In this document: piece after piece, positions 62,217 through 64,000 of the stretch
Layout: each line of letters begins with the position of its first letter
Numbering within the stretch: the stretch's first letter is position 1
Assembly: GCA_937992175.1 (NCBI GenBank)
Contig: CALKLF010000042.1
Span: forward strand, 9,743-73,742
Source of the DNA: an uncultured Fimbriimonadales bacterium
Lineage (GTDB): Bacteria; Armatimonadota; Fimbriimonadia; Fimbriimonadales; GBS-DC
Reading direction: 5' to 3'
Length of the DNA: 64,000 nucleotides
Notes under the pieces: model-generated
The model's database searches: none
What the model was told of the DNA's origin: nothing
The model's input: the letters and a program-made list of their open reading frames with translations, nothing else
Translations under genes and position numbers: made by a program

Positions 62217-63409
62217 GTCGGCAAACTCCACCGCTGGCGCACTGCTTGGGGATTAATTGCGAGGGGGAGCGCTACGCCATCGGCTTGATGGCGGGCACTT
62301 CACTGGACGGGATTGACGCCGCGCTGGTCAAACTCACGGGCGCAGGCGATACCATTCGGGTAGAAACCCTCGCGACCCATCACAGCCCCTACACGCCCGA
62401 CGAACGAACAGGGCTACAGCGACTGATTCACAGCGGCAAGTTAGCCGACCTGTGCGCGTGGGACGCCTATCTGGGCGAGCGGTTCGCGCAGACCGCACAG
62501 GCGCTAATCCAACAAGCGCAGCCCCCGCGCGTGGACTTCATCGGCTCGCACGGGCAAACCGTGTGGCACGCGCCCGAAGCGAAGTTGAAGGGCAGCCCCA
62601 CGCCCAACACGCTGCAAATCGGGCAAGCTGATGTTATCGCGGCACGGACGGGCGTTCCCGTCGTCGCCGATTTTCGCACGCGCGATTTGGCGCACGGCGG
62701 GCAGGGCGCGCCGCTCGTGCCCATCGTGGACTGGCTCCTGCTGCGCAGCGAGACTGAACATCGCCTCGCGCTCAATATCGGGGGCATGGCGAATGTCACC
62801 GTGCTGCCTGCAGGCGGCGCGCCTGAAGCGATTCGGGCGTTCGACACCGGACCTGGCAACGCGCTGATCGACCTCGCGGTCGAGATTTACACACAGGGCA
62901 AGCTCACCTACGACAAAGACGGCAAATATGCGTCGGAGGGCGAGGTCAATCCAGTTCTCTTTGAGCACCTGATGATGCACCCGTACCTTGAGCAGCCGCC
63001 GCCGAAGTCCACAGGGCGGGAGACTTTCGGCGAGGATTATCTCGACGCGATGATTCGCGCCTTCGAGCCGAAGCTGCGCCCGCTTGTCGCCACGCTGACG
63101 GAGTTCACCGCGGCGTCCATCGAGTTCGCTCTGCGCCGCTTCGTGCTGCCTGACTACCCAATTCAGCGTATCATCGTCTCAGGCGGCGGCGTACATAACC
63201 CCGTGCTGATGGCGCGGCTACGGGCGCGCCTGCCCGACATCGCAATCGAACCGTCGACGCGCTACGGCGTAGACCCCGACTTCAAGGAAGCCGTCGCCTT
63301 CGCCGTGTTAGCCGACCGATTCCTGCAGGGCTTGCCCGCGACCTACCCCAACACAACGGGCGCGCGGCAGCCAACGCTCGCAGGCAAACTGGCGTTACAC
63401 GGCATCTGA
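62213..63409 (+). CDS. anmK: Anhydro-N-acetylmuramic acid kinase
   Basis: IGLMAGTSLDGIDAALV, DFRTRDLAHGGQGAPLVP and NIGGMANV. Confidence 0.88.
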   Translation: MSRQTPPLAHCLGINCEGERYAIGLMAGTSLDGIDAALVKLTGAGDTIRVETLATHHSPYTPDERTGLQRLIHSGKLADLCAWDAYLGERFAQTAQALIQQAQPPRVDFIGSHGQTVWHAPEAKLKGSPTPNTLQIGQADVIAARTGVPVVADFRTRDLAHGGQGAPLVPIVDWLLLRSETEHRLALNIGGMANVTVLPAGGAPEAIRAFDTGPGNALIDLAVEIYTQGKLTYDKDGKYASEGEVNPVLFEHLMMHPYLEQPPPKSTGRETFGEDYLDAMIRAFEPKLRPLVATLTEFTAASIEFALRRFVLPDYPIQRIIVSGGGVHNPVLMARLRARLPDIAIEPSTRYGVDPDFKEAVAFAVLADRFLQGLPATYPNTTGARQPTLAGKLALHGI

Positions 63410-63453
63410 AACTCCCGACAGGGATTTTCGTCCTTCAGCCGAATCGAGGCGCT

Positions 63454-64000
63454 ATGATACAGGCACTCGGAATGTACGCAGGTCTGTTGGGATTGCTCGC
63501 GCTGGGTGCGGCGCAGGGATTATTGGCGCAGGAGCGACGCGAGGGCTTCCGACCCCTGTTCAACGGGCGCAATCTGCAGGGCTGGAAGGTGTACGCAGGT
63601 GCGAACTGGCGCGTGCAAAACGGCGAACTCGTCGGACCCAGCGACAGCGCAGGCTGGATTGGCACCACGGATGAGTACGACAACTTCATCCTGCGCGGCG
63701 AATACTGGATTGACAAGGGCGACACGAACGAAAGCAACAGCGGCGTGTTCTTCCGCGCCCAAAAGACTGCCGCCCCCTGGAACGACGGCTACGAGATGCA
63801 AATCAGCCTGCAGGACGAGCGCAATCCGACGGGCAGTATCTACAATCGTGTGCCCACGAACCTGACGCGCATGCGCGAAATCGCTCCCGAAAAGCAGTGG
63901 AACGCCTTCGAAATCCGCGCCTGCGGCTCGCATATCCAGATTACGATTAACGGCGAGATGATTCAGGACTGCGACCTGCACGAGTTCAAGCGGGGCGTGA
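63454..64000 (+). CDS. DUF1080 (3-keto-disaccharide hydrolase-like) secreted protein; 3' end outside window
   Basis: ATG 63454, signal peptide, then FRPLFNGRNLQGWKVY...WRVQNGELVG...DNFILRGEYW...SNSGVFFR...GYEMQI...TGSIYN. The frame is open to the window end and is not in the ORF track. Confidence 0.75.
   Translation, partial: MIQALGMYAGLLGLLALGAAQGLLAQERREGFRPLFNGRNLQGWKVYAGANWRVQNGELVGPSDSAGWIGTTDEYDNFILRGEYWIDKGDTNESNSGVFFRAQKTAAPWNDGYEMQISLQDERNPTGSIYNRVPTNLTRMREIAPEKQWNAFEIRACGSHIQITINGEMIQDCDLHEFKRGV

Overview
GC-rich bacterial chromosomal window, densely coded on both strands. I saw no rRNA, CRISPR array, transposase or integrase. The gene content suggests a diderm, non-Proteobacterial lineage, possibly Armatimonadota-like. 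This rests on lptB and kpsF, three prepilin-type H-X9-DG (DUF1559-like) proteins, a PEP-CTERM protein, a dockerin-tailed beta-propeller, a copper-amine-oxidase-N-domain protein and pilB/pilT; it is inference only.

Recognisable content:
- An overlapping nrnA-truB-ribF-lptB operon.
- An isolated fliQ/fliR pair.
- A polysaccharide locus: flippase, ugd, a GT4 glycosyltransferase and rmlD.
- argJ, tRNA-Thr(CGT), scpA, ccmC/ccmD, fabI, nhaA, pilT and pilB, an EF-G paralog, mutS2 and rpmB-murB.
- A GlmL-like ATPase, kpsF coupled to a SigH-like sigma factor, two M3/M32 peptidases and anmK.

Features beyond ordinary annotation:
1. Three families of structured intergenic repeats. One copy sits in-frame inside ribF, and one is tandemly amplified between fliQ and fliR.
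2. A tightly overlapping four-gene operon: tatA, an unknown 312-aa protein, a PqqD-like protein and a minimal FtsX-type permease with no cognate ATPase. This is my best candidate for an undescribed system.
3. A CHRD/PEP-CTERM gene with an in-frame TGA between its signal peptide and mature domain.
4. Decayed or minimised genes: a Dam-like methylase, DUF4058, Ppx/GppA, and an ALDH-like protein lacking its catalytic domain.
5. A recurring GGTATAAT-type -10 box placed 8-11 nt from start codons, which implies leaderless mRNAs.

All functional calls come from reading the translated ORFs by eye. No database search was run.
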